Shown in pieces: positions 1 to 12,747 of a stretch of 64,000 nt of DNA; positions within the stretch are counted from its first letter, which is position 1, and each line of letters opens with the position of its first letter. Source of the stretch: Camelus dromedarius. Taxonomy: Eukaryota. The notes beneath the pieces are model-generated. The model was not told the origin of the DNA. It was given only the letters and a program-made list of their open reading frames with translations, and did no database searches. The stretch is from the NCBI RefSeq assembly GCF_036321535.1, contig NC_087436.1:104658001-104722000 (forward strand), read 5' to 3'. A program made the position numbers and the translations under genes.

Positions 1-1118
1 GGTTAGTTAAAAAAAAAAAAAGAGTTCATTTCTGTTCCTTGTGAGTGGTTTTCTATGGTTCGTGGCTCCTCCCTCTGGAATCTTGGCTTTACCTTCTGAG
101 TTGTTTCCATTTCCTGTAAGTATACCCTGTGATTGCTACTGAGTACCTTTCTCAGCCTACTTCCTGTTCATAGGAAGGTTAGAGTCGGGGGGCCTTTTTT
201 TCATTTTCTACTATCTGTCCCTTAACATACCTTCTATATCTATAATCCAAACTTTGCGCATTTTCCTTCTCCAATGAAACATTTCTTCTCTGATTAATAG
301 ATCCCTGCTTGTTGAGCTTAAACTGATACAATTCCTTTTTAAAAAGTTGTGGGCTCCCTGTGTATCAAATTATAATCCATGTCAAGGACAAAAACCATAT
401 CCACAAACCTCTCTGAGAGAGGACCCTCAAGGTCAGTGTGCTGTGGGGCAAAACTGTTAAGGTTCTCAGATGTTCTACTGTCTGACTGAGAGGGTCTAGG
501 AAGCCCTTTTATCTAGCTGAGAAGTTTATGAGGGATAACTTTAAATCTTTCTGAAATGTCAGCAAAGGGTCCTGTAACCACACCCTTGATCTGATCTTTA
601 CTGGCAGGCTATGTTTTAGTAGAAGCCACTGGATTTGATTTTTTTCCCTGTGACCATTTCTTACTTTGAGAATCTCTTGTTTGCCAGAGAAGCTGCAAAT
701 ATGAAATTATTTAAAAATTTTCCATCAAACAGGGTTTGCGTTGGAAATACTGTCTCTATATTCTGCTTGAAAACTGTAAGAGTTCCTTCTTATGCTGATC
801 TTGTTCCTCTTGTATTTTATCATTGGCAGCTAAAGGAATCTGCCACTCTACCTGGAAGTCTTCTTAGCAAGATCCATAGATTTATTATGTACTCTTTCTC
901 TTTTTCATGTTGCTGTAGGCAACATTTCACAAATTATTCTAAAATCCATGACTCATGTCCCTTATTTTCAATCTTCAATAGAAATTTCCTCACGTCCCTT
1001 CCAGCCTTTCTATCTTTTCAAAGCCCTCCCAACTTCTGCCTGCTGCCAGATTCCAAAGCCAATGTCATCTGTATTAGGTTTCTGTTATAGCCGTGCTCCG
1101 CTTTCAGGTGCCAGTTTC
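1..1118 (-). mobile_element. MaLR (MLT1-type) internal sequence, abutting its LTR
   Basis: End segment 'ccagattccaaagcc...gttatagccgtgctccgctttcaggtgccagtttc' resembles the reverse-strand 5' end of MaLR-int and runs straight into an MLT1 LTR; left boundary uncertain. Confidence 0.6.
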
Positions 1119-1470
1119 TGCTTCTATTGCTATGTATTAAGCCATTTAAAACTAGTGGCTTGAAACAACCACCACCACCATTCATCATCATGATTCTGTG
1201 GATTTACAGCTTGGGCTTCCTCTTATCATGGCGGCTACATCCCATGTTATGTTCCAAGAGAAAGTAACTAAACTTTGCCTATCCTCAGGACGCTTGAACT
1301 CAGAAGCCCCAGAATGCCTCTTCCACAGCATTCTACTGGTCAAAGCATTTACAAATCTAGATGAGATTCAAGTGGAGGGAAACAAACTCCTCTTGTGGAT
1401 GGGAGAGTGGCATGTGCATACCGGGAGGGAAGAAAACTGATGGTGATCATCTTTGAAACCAGCGATCACA
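1119..1470 (-). mobile_element. MLT1-family MaLR LTR
   Basis: 'ttctattgctatgta...aaaactagtggcttgaaacaac' and 'cattctactggtcaaagca' are typical MLT1 motifs. Confidence 0.7.
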
Positions 1471-1489
1471 GCCTCTAGACAAATAAGCC

Positions 1490-2730
1490 CAAAATTTGCA
1501 TTTCCAGCTCGGTCATCACTCCCTTGGTTTCAGACCCATCTACCTCCTGTTGGATGTTTCCACATGCGCCTTACACAAAACTCATCATTCCTAGACATAT
1601 TTCTCATCTTATTCTCCATGTTTCAGTAAATGGTAGCCATCCAGGCCAGAATCTAGAATCCAACCTGGTTCCTCTGTTGCCACCTCGGCTCCCCATGAAC
1701 ACATAGCTGACACATTTTAATCCTTAGCTCTTTTTCAAATATTCTTCCCTCTTCTCTGTTTCTAATATCTTCCAGTTCAGGCCCTAATTGGGCAAGAATC
1801 TCTTGCCTGGCTCATTGCAGTATTTTCCTACGTGGTCTCATGTCTCCATTTTAACTCCTGCAGTGAAATGAAGATGAGGTAAGGTTTGGGGACAATTTAG
1901 CCACTTGATGAAATAAGTAAGATAAGAGAAGAAAGAAGAGGAGAAAGAGGAGGAAGAAAGGAATTAAGGAAGAAAGAAAAAGAAATAAAAGGGGAAATAA
2001 AAGAAACCTGGCCAGGCATATGTTAAACCTCCTCAGGCTGATGATGTCATGGTTTAAATTGTGGAAGAAAAGAACTAAGTAGATACTATGTTTGGACTAA
2101 TAGACTGACTTTTAAAAAGAAAATTGTGACATCAAGGCAAAACTTTTCCACTTTCCAACCAGTTTCTGACATAAGGCCTCCCTATAAATAACTGCTTGAG
2201 AAGACAGATAAACTTGCCCCTTTCCCTCTTAAAAAACACTTCACTACTATTGCTGAAGTGATCTTTCTAATATGATAGTAGTTCTTTGCTTAATCCCTCC
2301 AATGGCCACCAAAGTCCTTAAATTGCTGACAAAGCCATGCTTGGCTGGACCCTCATGTGATCATTCGAGTGATGTATATGACATACCTTTAACATGTTAC
2401 GTTTCCAGCTATCGTCTCTCCCCTCCCACCTCCTCATGCTTTATACTGCTCTTACTCCCCCACTGCAATTGCTCCTTGTATGTACACCCTTTTTATTCCT
2501 GCTGTCTTGGTTGGTTTCCCCCTGCTTCTTCCCCTACCTTTTTCCTACCCACTCCTCAAGATCCTAGTTAGAACCCACCTCCTCTAGGCAGTCCTTGACC
2601 CTGGATTGGATGAAGAGCTTCCCAAACACCCTGCTCATGTCTATTATCTTCTGTTCAAACAAACTGGTATTATCTGTTTGTGAGTCCATCTCCTTGTAAC
2701 CTTCTTGAGAAAAAGGAATTGTGCCTTAAG
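1490..2730 (+). mobile_element. Degraded L2 LINE fragments with an intervening purine-rich simple tract
   Basis: L2-like motifs 'tttccagctc...cagacccatc', 'tcagtaaatggtagccatcc'. Confidence 0.55.
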
Positions 2731-2970
2731 AGACACTATAATACAGTGATTTAAAGCCCAGACTCTGAAGACTTATTGTCTGAGTTTATATCCCAGCTCT
2801 ACCACTTATTACCTGGATAATTCTGGGGAGGCACTTAGCTTTTTGCTGCCTTGCTTCTGCATCCTTAGAGTGAGGAAGATACAAACAGGTACAAACATCA
2901 CAGGTTTGTAATGCAGGTTGAGTGAGTTGATACATAAAACAGACTTAAAACAGTGCCCAGCCCCTGAAAG
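2730..2970 (+). mobile_element. MIR SINE
   Basis: 'atcccagctctaccacttattacctg...aaaacagtgcccagc' MIR core. Confidence 0.7.
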
Positions 2971-3791
2971 GGGGACAGCAAACCTGCACTGTTCTTATTA
3001 TTGTTATGATGCTGAGTCATCCAGCCCAGCCCCTAAGGCTTCATAAATCTTTGTTGACTTGAATTCCTTCTTCTTTCTTTTTTTCACTTTATGTTGAAAC
3101 CTTCCATTCTTTTGCCAATTTCCACAATTCTCTGGTCAAGTCACAGGTTGTCTTTAACCTCTGACAGGTAGGATTCCCCACCCCCACTCCCTCTGTCAAA
3201 GACTCAAGGATACACTTCTGCTTGCCATGTCAGCCCTGGTGAATGTCTCCGTGGCTGATTGATTGCTATGTTTCTTTCCCAATACCAGCCAGACAGAGGC
3301 AGTATCTAGCGTCGTTACTATTTCTTCCTCTGTCCACATTCTGAACAAAGCAGATGGGGGAATTCTTTGCATACACAGAGGAGTCCCAAAGGTCAATAGT
3401 CAAATGTGAACACTTAATTGCCAACCATGATTCAAAGAAAATGTAGCAATGAAGAAGCATGTGAGTCCTTTGTCATAAAAACAGCTCTCTGACTGAAGAA
3501 GGGAGTGTCTCCCAAGAGCTGGAATCAGCCAAGAACCAGAAATAATGAGCTCATTTCTTAGCGATCCCTTTGGCTTCTTGTATAAAAATAACATAAGGTT
3601 AATTACGTTTGCACCTTAATCCCCATCAATATGGCTGCCCCCACTGTCAGGGCACATTTTCCAACAGCCCTATTCTGAGTTCTTCTCCTCCTTCCTCTTC
3701 TCTTTCCCCCTTTTCTTCTTTTTAATTCCTTGCACTTCCCTGGAGTTTCCTGCTCTGGCCATCCTGACTTCTGACTTCACTTTTATATATT

Positions 3792-4040
3792 TTATATTTT
3801 CAAAGGATCACATGAAGGGTTACATGATTCCTTTACTGCTTCTCTTCGGTAATAGAGAGGAAAAGCCTCGGCCTTTCTTTTGTCCCCATTTCCTCCTTGT
3901 GCTCTGTGTGCATGAGGTACTGATGCGGGACAGCCTTTGGGCTTGGCTGGTAGCTGAGAACCTCTGTATAGTATCTTGAGTAGGATCCCAAATGGAGAAG
4001 ACCTTCTGTTCTCTGGGAGTTCTTGATGTGAGTATGGCAT
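3792..4040 (-). CDS. Putative terminal coding exon of an unnamed minus-strand gene (phase-0 frame MPYSHQELPENRRSSPFGILLKIL...DPLKI*)
   Basis: Acceptor ccagccttccAG|atg at 4042-4041; open 82 codons to TAA at 3794-3792; AATATA poly(A)-signal variants at the stop; a second frame is also open, to 3833. Confidence 0.5.
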   Translation of the reverse strand: MPYSHQELPENRRSSPFGILLKILYRGSQLPAKPKGCPASVPHAHRAQGGNGDKRKAEAFPLYYRREAVKESCNPSCDPLKI

Positions 4041-4055
4041 CTGGAAGGCTGGTTT

Positions 4056-4176
4056 GGAGGGTGGGGGTGTAGCTCAGTGGTAGAGTATGTGCTCAGCATG
4101 CATGGGGGCCTGGGTTCAATCCCTAGTACCTCCATTAATAAAACTCAAAAAGTAACTAAATTTTTTTAAAAAATAA
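4056..4176 (+). mobile_element. Camelid tRNA-derived SINE (Vic-1-like)
   Basis: 'gtgtagctcagtggtagag...gggttcaatccctagtacctcc' A/B boxes, A-rich tail, 11-bp TSD aaggctggttt (4045-4055, 4177-4187). Confidence 0.9.
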
Positions 4177-6445
4177 AAGGCTGGTTTTACTCTGAAAAAT
4201 GTCCTCCAGTCCTTTCTTGGCACTTTAGAAAATGTGTCTCTTTATACAATAACAACAAAATGATTTGGTTGTGTTAAATATATAATACAATAAAATAAAA
4301 ACACCCCCAAAGAGCAACGACCTATCTCAAAACAAAAGCAAACACAAACAGTAACATCCTTTCTCTTTGTCAGCTAGAAGATGTGCGTTTCATACAGATT
4401 TAGCCAGGAACGGCCTGTGATTACTTTAATGCAGTGCTTCTCAGTGGGACATTGAAAGAAGTTGGGCTTTCTGGCTCCCTACCTTCTGAAGGTCATTAAT
4501 GCCTCTCTCTTCTCCCTTCCCTTCCCAAGATATCGAGACAGCCCAATAGAATTCCACAAGTTTCCAAATACCATCCCCCATCCAGGGACAATACCAGATT
4601 CTTCCCCAAACACCCAGCTGAACACTCTGCACTAAAAAATGCAAGCAGACATAGAAACTTAAAATTCCCATATGCCTTAAAACCTTCTTAACATGTTCTT
4701 TAGGTAGGTAGATACTGATTCCACTGGTCGCTGGCTTACAGAGATCACCCTGCCTGAGGACCACCTGCCCCTGCTCTTAGTGGAGTAATCCATGCCGATC
4801 CAACCCAAGCTGAGCAATCAGCTTCTCTCCTCCCAGAACTGATCACTCAGAACTTGAAGTTGTCCCATGAATGCCAGCTCCCGCTGCTGAGGACGCTGAA
4901 TTGTCACGGTCCTTGCCTTTCCCAAGGTATGTTGATTCTCCATTTCATTGGATTAATCTCTCCAATATCTTTGCTTACAATTATCCAATTATCTTTTTCC
5001 ATATGCCAACTGCAGTTGGTTTTTTGCTAGCAGCCAAAAATTCTTTGCTAATTTTTCACTGTAATCCCCATTTTCCCCCATTTTTCTGTTGTGGTTGAGT
5101 GGTAGTTGAGAGGGCAACTCACACCGACGAGGAAACCACCAATGGGCTCAGATATTCCCAAGCGAGATGACCAAGCTTTGACTCCTTCCCTCAGTAGCAT
5201 CCACGGCCACCATGCTTAGCAAGGATGAGAACGGCCAGGCCACGGTCCTTTTTCATCTCTGGAAAAGTCCACCCTGACTTTGAGCCAGAAAAAAAAATTG
5301 CCTATGTTCATAAATTGGCAAAATATACCTCTTGCTACAAGAAACAAGATTGCTTCTCATGGGACCCTTTGGATAATTTCCCTAAAGCTCCCTGCATCTT
5401 TTTGTCTTTCTGTCATCCCTGCAGCCCACATAAACATTGTCCAGGTCTCAAAGATGTGATGATTAGCTGGTTCTTTTTTAGTTCATTAGCCCTTCTGATA
5501 TATTAGTAGATTATCAAAAGCAGTTTCAGTGTATCATAAAATCTGTTTGGTATTAACTTGATACATGATGTGCTTTTCTTCATCCAGCTAAATAGTTTCC
5601 TTCAAATCTGGACCAGATGAGCACCCTGGGACTTGCATGAGCTCATGTGTGAGTCTGCATGGAATGCAGTATGGGGTCCCCTTGGACGCGTGGAGCACGT
5701 GTTTGGCCCAAATGGAAACATCCTTAGGCACTGATGCCTCAATTAAGGGAAAGATAAAGACACAAGATCAGATATGGCATCTGTAAAATGTTAGTGTTCT
5801 GGTGATGCTCTCCGTTTAAGTCTGGTTTTCAGTTCTGTTTGATGGCTAGTTTAGGCAAAAATCGTGATGTGCATGAAATTGCCTTTATTCGGGACCCTTT
5901 GGGAACAGCATCCCGCTCCTCCCCTGCTGACCGTGACTTCTCACTGCCTCAAGCTTACTAAAGCCCCATTGAGTGCTCCTGCTCACTTAGGCTGAATGTC
6001 TCCTTTGAGCACCTATTATGGGGTAGATATAGGGGAAAGGGAGGAATAAGGACATCGTTGCTTCCTAGATTTAGGGGAGGGGACAGAAATGTGAACAAAC
6101 TCCTGTCCTCCTGCAGGACAAACATGATCAGGAGCTGCTGGAGCAGGTGAAGGGGCCCAGCTGGTCTGAGGGAGGCTGTGTGAATCAGGGAAGGCTTCCT
6201 GCAGGAATAGCCCCTGAGCAGAACCCTGAAGAACACCTAAGAATTAGGGCTGCTGCTGGCCCAGTGGGTGCCTTTGGGTGAACAAGAGAAAAGTGCCACT
6301 TCTGGCAAGAGGCAGTTTCATTCAGGGCACATGGCTTGGCTGGTCAAGTGTGAGCTGGCTTTTGTCCCTACTCACCCTCTTATCTAGGTACCCTTGTGAC
6401 ATCATCCACCTTCCCAGCTTTCCAGGAGACCTTGAGGGTAACCCA

Positions 6446-6900
6446 TGTGTGTTCGTTTCCTTGGGCTGCTGTAATAAATTACCACAAGCTGGATCACTTG
6501 AAACAATAAGAATTTATTCTCTCACAGTTCTGGAGGCCAGCAGTCCGATATTAAGATGTTGGCAAGATTGCGCTGTCTCTGGAGGCTCCGGGAAGGGGAG
6601 AATCCTTCCTCGCCTCTTCCAGGTTCGTGGCTCTAGAAGTTCTTGGCTTGTGGCTGCATCTCTCTAATCTCTGCCTCTGTCTTCAAATGGCCTTCCCCTC
6701 CGAGTATCTCTGTGCCACAGGCTTTATATGGACACCTGCCGTTGGTTTTAGGTCCACTCAGGGAATCCAGGATGGTCTCATCTTGAGATCGTTAAGTTAA
6801 TTACAGCTGGAAAGACCTTATTACCAAATAAGGTCACATTCTTAGGTCCTTAGTTAGGACATGGGGGTATCTTTCCGGGGTTCACTATGCAACCCCCATA
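6446..6900 (-). mobile_element. MLT1 (B/C/D-like) solo LTR
   Basis: 'gggctgctgtaataaattaccacaa...tttattctctcacagttctggaggcc...ccaaataaggtcacattc'. Confidence 0.85.
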
Positions 6901-7548
6901 CCTGTAATGGAGGGAGGGAAGGAGACATGCGACTGAAGGAGCAGGTACGGAAGGCAAGGAGGTGTTGGGGGGCATGCTGGGGCCTGAGGACCACCAGGAT
7001 GACAGGACACAGGGTGGGGGATGTGGCGAGAGCTGAGGCCGGGTTGGGAAGCAAGGAGCTGGTCACAGAAGACTTGGTGTGCCAGCCAACAGCCTTGGAC
7101 TGTGCCCTGGAGGCAATGAGCTGGCTTTGCATGGACTTAATTTTAACTTGGAGAGATCACTTGGGCTGAAGGTTACAGAACAGACTGGAGAGCAAGACCG
7201 GAGGTGAAGAAATTCCTTTCCGAGGATGTTGATGCTGCTCAGGTGAGGAAATCGATGGCATGATCTTTGGAGAAGAAGAAATGATCCCGTGATGCTGAGG
7301 AGAGGAGACCCGAACGCAGTGATTGGTGACTCGATGAGCTGAGCGGGGAAGCGGGGTAGAATCTGGATGGATCCCGAGATTTCTGTCAACATTCCAGCCC
7401 CAGCTCTGTGCCCACCCTGTCTCACCACATTCACAGGACACTGGACATGTTAGCAGGGCTCTGTACACACAAGCTGTTTGCACTTTAGAACTTGTTCAAG
7501 TTCTTGCGTTATTAAGAAGTTGTACTTTGACTCCAAAGAACTTCCCCC

Positions 7549-7870
7549 TGTACTGGGTTGAATAGTAGCCCTTCAAATTTATGTCCACCCAGAACCAGCA
7601 CATGTGACCTTATTAGAAAAAGTGTCTCTGCAGATGTAATCAGGTTAAGATGAGGTTATACTGGATTAATGTGGGCCCTAATCCAGCGACTGGCGTACAT
7701 CTAAGAAGAGAAAAATTTGGACACAGGTACACAGGGAGAACACCATGTGATGACAGAGGCAGAGATTGGAGTGATGAGTCTACAGGCCGAGGAAGGCCAA
7801 AAATTGCTGGCAAGTGGCAGCCGCAGCTCGGAGGAGGCAGGGAAGGGTTCTCCCCTAGAGCTCTCGGAGA
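7549..7870 (+). mobile_element. MLT1C-like LTR, 3'-truncated
   Basis: 'tgtactgggttgaatagt...gtgaccttattagaaa...gcagatgtaatc...gaggcagagattggagtgatg'. Confidence 0.85.
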
Positions 7871-8139
7871 GCCTTCCTCCTCCCCTCGTCTCTTCTTACC
7901 TCTCCTGGGAGAGGGAGGGCGCCCTTCCCTTTCTGTCCTTCCATCCTGTGTTATCCCTTTACCCCTTTATCCTCCTTTGATTCTGTTTTATGGTATTTGC
8001 TCTCCTTTTCCTGAGGCAAAAAAATGAGGATGAGCTGCAGGAAGAGAAAGGAGACTATTGAAAGTGGAAAATACACTGCAAAGTTTTCCAAAATCTTGTC
8101 CCTTCCTTATCCCCATCTTTGAATTCTTCCGTTAATTAT

Positions 8140-8596
8140 TGTAGTGGCTCAATTGGTGGCCCCCCGAAAAGAAATGTCTGCATCCTAACCTGTAGTACCT
8201 TTTAATGTGACCTTATTTGGCAAAGATCATTGCAGATGTAATTAAGTGAAGCATTGCAAGATGTGACCATCCTGGACTGTGCAGGTGGACCCTAAATCCA
8301 ATGATGAGCACCCTTATATGAGACACATGGAAGGAGAAGAGAAGGCCATGTGAAGATGGGGACAGCGATTGGAGTGATGTAGCTACAAGCCAAGGAACTC
8401 CAAGGGTTTCCTTGGAGTCCCCAGGAGCTGGAAGAGGTGAGAACACTTCTTCCCAAGAGTCTCCAGAGGGAGCATGGCCCTGCCGACACCTTGATTTTGG
8501 TTGCTTAAACTCCAGAACAGGGAGGGAATAATATCCTGCTGTTCTAGGCCACCAAGTTTGGGGTAATTTGTACGGCAGCCCTAGGAAACTAAAACA
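8140..8596 (+). mobile_element. MLT1C/D-like solo LTR
   Basis: 'gtgaccttatttggcaaa...gagcatggccctgccgacaccttgatttt...cagccctaggaaactaaaaca'. Confidence 0.85.
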
Positions 8597-10126
8597 GATT
8601 GAAGATGAGCATGAGATACTTTTGACATTAAAATAAGAAGAAAAAGGCAAGTGTGCAGCGCCTATGGAGGGCTTGGCGCATGGGAGCTCTCTCGTAGTAA
8701 CCTGTCTTGTTCTAGTGGGAGCGGCAGCCTCTTCCTGTGCCTCCAGAAACCAAGCTGTCTTGACCTTCTTAGCAACTTTGCAAATCCCTCCACCTGCTCT
8801 CTTTGCTAATATAGCTATTCTTTCTGTCAGGCTGGTGTACACTCGGGATGCTGACAGAGTTCAGAATCACTGTCTCTAGATACAGATTGTGCAATAAAAA
8901 TGGCAAGCTGATTAGTCAGCTGGAGAGGAGAAGCCTTTTTCCCATTATAAGCATGATCTAATGCTGTAATCACCTAGTCTGCAGCCAGCAGCCAAGTGCC
9001 TGTGGTCAGGCCGAGGCCCCACAACAGGTGAACCCTGTTAAAAGGCATCCCGCTACATGGCTCCAGCTGCCCTGTCAACCAGCGCAAGTCTCCTTCCCTG
9101 AAACAGAAGAACGACAGAACTCACGTGTCCCCGAGTTTACAACAACCTTCAGGGTCACCCTTTTAAAAAATATGCAGATAAAATAACTCCAGCTTCCAAG
9201 CTGTAAGACTTCAGGAAATCCAGGGCTCTGCCAAGGACTGTAGACACAGTCTTGGTGGTTACCATCTGAATGGTGTCCCTGACCCCAGTAGACTCAGCAC
9301 CTCCCTTTACCTCCAAGGCAATGTTAACATGAGGCTTTCTGGCTTGACTTAAAATATGAAGGAATTTCAGTGCACATAAGGGAAATTTAAGCTCAGAGCC
9401 AGCCATGACCACACCCAAGTTCCTGAGCCATATCGCATGCCACACAGTCCCTGCCAGTCTTCCTTGATTTTCAGGCTCCTAGCATATTGCAGAGTCCAGC
9501 CTGTTCCCTCCTCACCTCTACACAAGAGTCCACTTGACTGTGTCTTTCATCCCCAATGGTGAGACCCAATATCCTCTTCCCTCCCTCCCACCAGAAGAAG
9601 CCCCAAATCCATCAATATCGGAACAATTCCCCACTCTTTCTACTTTGGTATACACAGAACGTAAGGGTCCCTTGTCCAGACTTTCCCAGTCCAGAATGGA
9701 ATTTCCTTTTGTACAGATAAAAGCCCAATTAAGTGCTTTTTCCCAACAAGAAAGCCCTAGCCCCCACAGACCAATTTGAGTTTCGATTTTTAGCAGCACA
9801 AAGAATTGTGAGAATCTTTGAAATTACAATCCTTCCTTAAAGTCTCTGAACAGAGCCCAGATCCAATTCTCAGACACGATCAAAGTCCACATATACACTG
9901 AATCCCTCTCCCTTTACCCCCATCACAGGGCAAGTTTTCCTTCAGCCCCCAGGGAACTTGCTCTTTATAAAGCGGAAGAGACATTTCTTCCTCCAGCTAC
10001 AAGCATTGCATGTCTGGAAAGAAGCCTGTCTGAGCCTCAGATTCTCTCCGTCTATAAAATAGGATTAATAATACCTTTTGCACAGGGTTAGTGTAAGAAT
10101 ATTTAAAGAAAGAACTTACTCTCTAG

Positions 10127-10214
10127 GAGGAAGTTATAGCTCAGTGGTAGAGCACACATGTAGTACCTCCATCAAAATAAATAAATAAACCTAATTACCC
10201 CCCCCACCCCAAAC
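10127..10214 (+). mobile_element. Internally deleted Vic-1-like SINE inserted in a MIR
   Basis: 'tatagctcagtggtagagc' joined directly to 'tagtacctcc' (B box missing), (aaat)n tail; TSD ctctctag 10119-10126 / 10215-10222. Confidence 0.8.
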
Positions 10215-10389
10215 CTCTCTAGCATGGTGCCAGGCACATAAAAACATTCAAGAAATCCTAGGCTCTACTTCTGTCTCTGTTTATACGATTAAACACTTTG
10301 TTGCCTTACACGTGTATCGTAATGTAGTGCTAAGGATGATATAAAGGTTCAGAAACTAGTTCACAAAGATACACTCAGCCCCCAGAGAA

Positions 10390-10660
10390 GCAAAAATGCC
10401 CTGCTTTATTGACATTCTTTTAGCTATGTCTTTGCACATGTCTGTATATATTTCTTTAAGATTAATTCCTAGCTGAGGAATTGGTGGGCAAAGCGTATGT
10501 ACATTTTTAAGACTTTTGCTACTCATTCCTGAATTGCCTTCCAGAAGGTCTGTACCAGTTTACATTCCCCACAGCAATGTGTCAAAGTGCCTTTTTCTTG
10601 AAAGCTTGAGTTTTTCTTAAAATTTATTAATTTGATGGGTGAAAAGCACTGTCTCACTAT
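10390..10660 (-). mobile_element. Old L1M fragment
   Basis: 'attaattcctagctgaggaattggtgggcaaag...gtaccagtttacattccccacagcaatgt'. Confidence 0.7.
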
Positions 10661-11860
10661 GGTTGTCAAATTGATTTTCAAACGTGGAAAACAAGGCTTC
10701 AACTCAAGTCCAACTCATGGATTTTAAAGATGAAGATCCTAAGATTTAGAAAGATTAAGTGACTTGGCCAATTCATCTCGTTAGTGGGACAGCCCAAATT
10801 CATATTGCGTGTTTCCCGACTCGAATTCTTTCCAATGTAGCACTCTGGAGAGGACGAGTTTGCCTGGGGTAAAACCACTCAGGGCCTACTTAATAACAAG
10901 GTTCAATTAGACCAGAGCAAATGTGTGGTAGAGGAAAGAGTCAATGAAGGGAACTTTAATTAGTGTCTGGCTAATTCATCATCAGATAATGAGGACCAAC
11001 ACTCTCCATGTTAGCACCACCTACTGGTGAAAACGTAAGCTTGCACAGGATTTCTCTCTCAAGTTGAAGGTAGGATGGGGAAAATCTCTGGGAGATTGGG
11101 ACCAGTTTAAATGGTCTTATCCTAGGAAGAAGTAGAAGGAAAAAGAATTCAGTATAGAGTCACTGAGCCACGAGCCGTGGGCACCTGACTGCTGCGGTCT
11201 CCTGAATTGCTGTGAATGAAGTTCCAGCTTCCTGAAGCAGCAAAGTCAGTTTCCTGTTCTTCTGCTGTTCACGGAGTGTAACTCTCTTCATTTTTCTGTA
11301 ACCTAATTTCTAATGTAAGCCCACATTCTGCTAGTGGCAGGAAACTTAATATCTAGGGACTTCCAGAGTCAAATCTCTTTGGTGTTCATTCACTTATTTC
11401 GGGTTTCAGTGGCTTAATTCAACATTTCCTCCCCTTCCCTTCTTCTTGGAGTTCAGCTAAGATCTTGGAAGCTTGGGATTGTTTCAGTGTAAATACTGGG
11501 TGCTGGGGGACCCTTCCCTGAGGAAGGGGTGGGGGTGGCCAGTCCATGGCATCTTTGGTCCGATGCAGGTCTGGTCTTTGCCCACTGGCATCTATTCATA
11601 CAGGCCCCCGGTAGCCATACTTGGCATCCAGGTCTCAGCTGTTAAAAAGCTTGGCATCTCAAACGTATCCTCCTTGTCCCAACTTCAAGCCCTGCCTGGG
11701 TCTGCCATTGTGTGCGCATTTAGGGGAAAGTGGGGAGCAAGGGGAACTTTTAGATGCTCTCCCATATGTTTCTGGCTGTGGGCCAGAGGGCTTTCTCAGG
11801 GCCCCTCTGCTTGCATTGCTCTGGTGCCTTGTCTTCTCCACTATTTCACAGCACACAGAA

Positions 11861-12059
11861 CAGGAGTCAACAAACTAGGTCCTGCAAAGGGCCAGACAGT
11901 AATCATTTTAGGCAAATCCTCAACTCTGACATTGTCACACAAAAGCAGCCACAGACCCTTTGCGAATGAGCGGGCATGGCTTTGTTCCAATAAAATTTTA
12001 TTTACAAAAGTAGGTAGCGCACTGATGTTAGCCCTGGGGCTGTGGTTTGCGGACTGCTG
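11861..12059. mobile_element. MER58A-like hAT-Charlie DNA transposon
   Basis: 'caggagtcaacaaact...aagggccagacagta...ttccaataaaattttatttacaaaa...gtggtttgcggactgctg'. Confidence 0.8.
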
Positions 12060-12407
12060 ATACTTATCTGTGAGGTCCTCCCTCGCTGAGAGCAAAGCAC
12101 AAGTCTTCCCAGATCTTGGTGCCCCCTATGTCTGTCTCGGGGATTTATTATTCACACCCCTGAAAATCACAAGGTGAGAGAGAAGGCGAGGGACTGGGCC
12201 CCTCAGGGATGGGTCAGCCTCTAGTCTCTCCCTTGCCTCTCTCTCTAGCCAGAGTGACCAGTCTTTCTTCTCTCTCCATTTTCTTGTGTATAGTATACAC
12301 TTGATGTTACTAGGTGGTCAGCCTTTAGATTCCACTACACTTGGCCCTGCAAATCACAAACCTTCACACTGGAAGCTCTAAACTCTGTGCTAGAGTCAAG
12401 AGCTCAC

Positions 12408-12617
12408 ATGGCTCCAGGTCAAGAGCTGGATGTTCTGTTCTCCAGCTTCTCTGTAACCTTCCTTTCTCTGGGAGCACTCGATGACGCAGGTGACTGGGCT
12501 TCATGGTAGGTGAACCCTCTCAACTCTTTCTAAGTCTGAGCCTTGACCGAATCCAGCCCTTCTCTTAGGGCAGCCAAAAATTAGTTTCCTGGCCAGAGTC
12601 TGTTCATTGGGGTTTAT
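12408..12617 (-). pseudogene. Putative 210-nt symmetric (phase 0-0) exon with one in-frame TGA
   Basis: Acceptor cttcttcttggttcctcatAAG|, donor cat|GTGAGC; 70 codons INPNEQTLARKLIFG...VHLP*SPVTCVIE...TWSH, single stop at 12503-12501. Confidence 0.4.
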
Positions 12618-12747
12618 CTTATGAGGAACCAAGAAGAAGCAGGTTGACCAGAGATTCACACACATGAATAGAAATAGATACTTTCAAGACACCTGTTTAG
12701 AGCAAAGCATTCCAAACTGCAGGTTGCAAACCATTAGGCCATTCGAA

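Noticed and set aside
8213..8842. 209-aa ORF (similarly 55968-56615, 6278-6667, 20709-21281)
   Set aside because: Partly or largely overlap MLT1 LTR or L1 sequence; chance frames
9516..9706. Exon-like segment with donor gag|GTGAGG
   Set aside because: The phase-0 frame needed to follow the 15769-15589 exon has a stop, and the long alternative frame stops just before the donor
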